Source of the DNA: an uncultured Lichenicoccus sp.
GTDB lineage: Bacteria; Pseudomonadota; Alphaproteobacteria; Acetobacterales; Acetobacteraceae
Direction: 5' to 3'
Assembly (NCBI GenBank): GCA_963693035.2
Contig: CAXMMQ010000001.1
Coordinates: forward strand, 2,457 to 66,456
DNA length: 64,000 bases
How positions within the stretch are numbered: the first letter of the stretch is position 1; every line of letters begins with the position of its first letter. Positions 61,918-64,000 of this stretch are shown here, one piece after another. The position numbers were made by a program, and so were the translations under genes. Under the pieces are notes generated by a model, which saw nothing but the letters and a program-made list of their open reading frames with translations, was not told the DNA's origin and made no database searches.

Positions 61918-63162
61918 CTATCCGCTGAAGCGGCCGAGGCCACCCGAAGGGCGCGACCACGGGATGAAGGCGTAGATCCCGACGATGGCAGCCGCGAAGC
62001 CCGAAGCGGCACCGATGCCAAGCGCCCAGCGTGGCCCGAACGCGTTCGCCACCCAGCCGACGATCGGCGCGCCGATCGGTGTCGCGCCGAGCGCCACCCC
62101 GACTCGCAGCGCCATGACCCGCCCGCGCATGGCGGGCTCGGTCGAAAGCTGCACCAGGCTGTTGGTGGTGCTGGTGAAGGTCAGGGTCGCAACGCCGATC
62201 ACGACGAGGGATGCCGCGAAGAACCAGGTGTCGGGGGCGAGCGCCGCCAACGTGCAGCCGACCCCGAAGGCACCGGCGCCGGCCAGCAGGAGGCCGGGCC
62301 GCGGCCCGCTGCGGCCGGCACACATGAGGGCGCCCGCCACCGTGCCGATCGCCATGATCGAGGAGAGCAGGCCGTAGCCGCGCGCATCGGCATGGAAGAC
62401 GCCGACCGCCATCGTCGAGATGAAGATCGGGAAGTTGAGCCCGAAGGTCCCGATCAGGAACAGCATGAGCAGGATGGCCTTGAGGTCCGGCCGCCGCCAG
62501 GCATAGCGCAGTCCGGCGGTGAAGCTGCCGCGGGTGCGGTGCGCTCGCGGGTTCGGACGCAGTTCGGCGACCCGGAGGCAGGCGAGCGAGGCCAGCACCG
62601 CGAGGAAGGAGGCGCCGTTGAGCAGGCAAGCCCAGCCGGTGCCCGCGGCCGCAATGACCAGGCCGGAGATCGCCGGCCCGACCATGCGCGCGACATTGAA
62701 CGAGGTCGAGTTGAGCGCGACCGCATTATGCAGATCGGCGTCGCCGACCAGCTCGCCCACGAAGGTCTGGCGCACCGGCGCATCGAAGGCGGCGGCGGAG
62801 CCGAACAGCAGGGCGAAGACGTAGACATGCCAGAGCCGCACGACCCCTGAGACGGTCAGCACGCCGAGGACCAGAGCGAGGCCGCCCATGGTCGCCTGGG
62901 TCGCGATCAACAGCCGGCGCTGGTTGAGATGGTCGGCGGCATAGCCTGTCCATGGCAGCAGGACGAGCTGCGGCCCGAACTGCAGCGCCATCACCGTTCC
63001 GACGGCGGATGCGTCACGATGGGTGAGCTGGGTGAACACCAGCCAGTCCTGCGCCGTCCGCTGCACCCAGGTGCCGATGTTGGAGACGAAGGCGCCGGCG
63101 ACCCAGACCCGGTAGTTGAACCCACGCAGGGATCGGAACACGCTCCCGAGTGGGACAGTCAT
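61918..63162 (-). CDS. MFS transporter (MFS_3/EntS-like)
   Basis: SNIGTWVQRTAQDWLV, FDAPVRQTFVGELV, NAVALNSTSFNVARMVGPA and MRGRVMA. Confidence 0.93.
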   Translation of the reverse strand: MTVPLGSVFRSLRGFNYRVWVAGAFVSNIGTWVQRTAQDWLVFTQLTHRDASAVGTVMALQFGPQLVLLPWTGYAADHLNQRRLLIATQATMGGLALVLGVLTVSGVVRLWHVYVFALLFGSAAAFDAPVRQTFVGELVGDADLHNAVALNSTSFNVARMVGPAISGLVIAAAGTGWACLLNGASFLAVLASLACLRVAELRPNPRAHRTRGSFTAGLRYAWRRPDLKAILLMLFLIGTFGLNFPIFISTMAVGVFHADARGYGLLSSIMAIGTVAGALMCAGRSGPRPGLLLAGAGAFGVGCTLAALAPDTWFFAASLVVIGVATLTFTSTTNSLVQLSTEPAMRGRVMALRVGVALGATPIGAPIVGWVANAFGPRWALGIGAASGFAAAIVGIYAFIPWSRPSGGLGRFSG

Positions 63163-63488
63163 CGGCGCTCCGGCGTACTGCCGCCATGCAGGCGGCCGAA
63201 CTGCCATGCGAGCAGCAGCGCCATCAGCAGCACGCCCAGCCCGACGGCAATCGCGTCGACGGTGTCTCGCAGGCGGAACTCGCCGACACGGCAGACCAGG
63301 ACGTACCCGACGACGATGTTGAGGAACCCCCAGAGCACGTTGACGGTCGAGGAGGAGAGCCCTTTGCCGGGCGGGGTTGCGAACGGGCTCTGGAACGGCC
63401 GCCCCATCACGCCACTGACGAAATGCGGTATGGCGTTCGTCAGGAAGGCGCCCGCGAAGACATACGACAAGAGCTCAAGCCACGGCAT
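63159..63488 (-). CDS. Small conserved-looking membrane protein
   Basis: FAGAFLTNAIPHFVSG..FQSPFA..SSSTVNVLWG; three TMs; overlaps the MFS start. Confidence 0.75.
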   Translation of the reverse strand: MPWLELLSYVFAGAFLTNAIPHFVSGVMGRPFQSPFATPPGKGLSSSTVNVLWGFLNIVVGYVLVCRVGEFRLRDTVDAIAVGLGVLLMALLLAWQFGRLHGGSTPERR

Positions 63489-63535
63489 CTGGACGGTTCC
63501 TCCGGCGGAAGGCCGACACTGTGTGGCAGGTACCT

Positions 63536-64000
63536 CTAGCTGAACAGCGCGAGCAACGGGTTGGAGCTGCCGGACGAACCCCCTGACGAAGCCCCGCTCG
63601 GATAGAGCGCCGCCAGGAACGGGTCGGTGCTGCTGCCGCTGTTGCTCGAACCCGGATACAGGATCGAGAGCATCGATGTGTCAGAGCCGTCGGCGCTGGC
63701 GCTCGAGGCGTCGGATTGCGCGGTCAGCGCCAGGAACTGCTCGGAGGCCTGGTTGATGCCGGCCGGGGTCTCGTAGTCGGACAGCTTCACCTTGGCGGTC
63801 AGGTAGCTGACCTGCTGGTCGTACGGCATCGAGTTGTAGGTGTCCGAGACGCCGAGATTGGTGGTCACCACCTTGAGCAGGGTCGGATCCGCCATCAGCC
63901 CGGCGATACTGGTGATGCCGCCGATGGTGCGCGCGAAATACAGCGCGCCGTCCATGCCGTCGATCTGATGGCCCTCCTGCGCCTCGTACTGAGTGGTCTC
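63536..64000 (-). CDS. DUF1217 family protein (flagellar-associated), C-terminal part; runs off the right edge
   Basis: ALYFARTI..LMADPTLLKVVTTNLG..DQQ, then a Ser/Gly-rich tail ending LLALFS. Confidence 0.7.
   Translation of the reverse strand, partial: ETTQYEAQEGHQIDGMDGALYFARTIGGITSIAGLMADPTLLKVVTTNLGVSDTYNSMPYDQQVSYLTAKVKLSDYETPAGINQASEQFLALTAQSDASSASADGSDTSMLSILYPGSSNSGSSTDPFLAALYPSGASSGGSSGSSNPLLALFS

Overview
64 kb of GC-rich (about 70% by eye) alphaproteobacterial chromosome. Gene content and order suggest Acetobacteraceae (inference). There are about 52 protein genes and one elongator tRNA-Met(CAT). I found no CRISPR array, rRNA, transposase, integrase or prophage. The core blocks are J-domain/cobS/cobT/bolA, rodZ-ispG-hisS-prfA-prmC-DUF4167, and rpmB-fusA. 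The accessory blocks are a PAS chemoreceptor, a secreted glycoside hydrolase/CBM/RTX-like protein, a PLP decarboxylase beside a three-subunit Mo aldehyde oxidoreductase, and pipecolate/2-oxoadipate catabolic genes. The best candidate for an undescribed system is 11.2-27.8 kb. It holds two paralogous TonB-dependent receptors, a secreted S9 peptidase, a TPR-sulfotransferase, a beta-propeller/phosphoesterase and a PmrA/QseB-type two-component system. Three of its promoter regions carry the same CTGAC-N6-CTGAC direct repeat. It abuts an apparent cobS-cobT-OPT transporter-ExxE permease operon. Also notable: a secreted-protein gene wedged antisense between prfA and prmC, a structured leader before DUF4167, and fusA outside the str operon. 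Caveat: six genes carry single-base indels, mostly in G/C runs, which may be assembly errors rather than real pseudogenes. All calls are by motif recognition; no database search was run.
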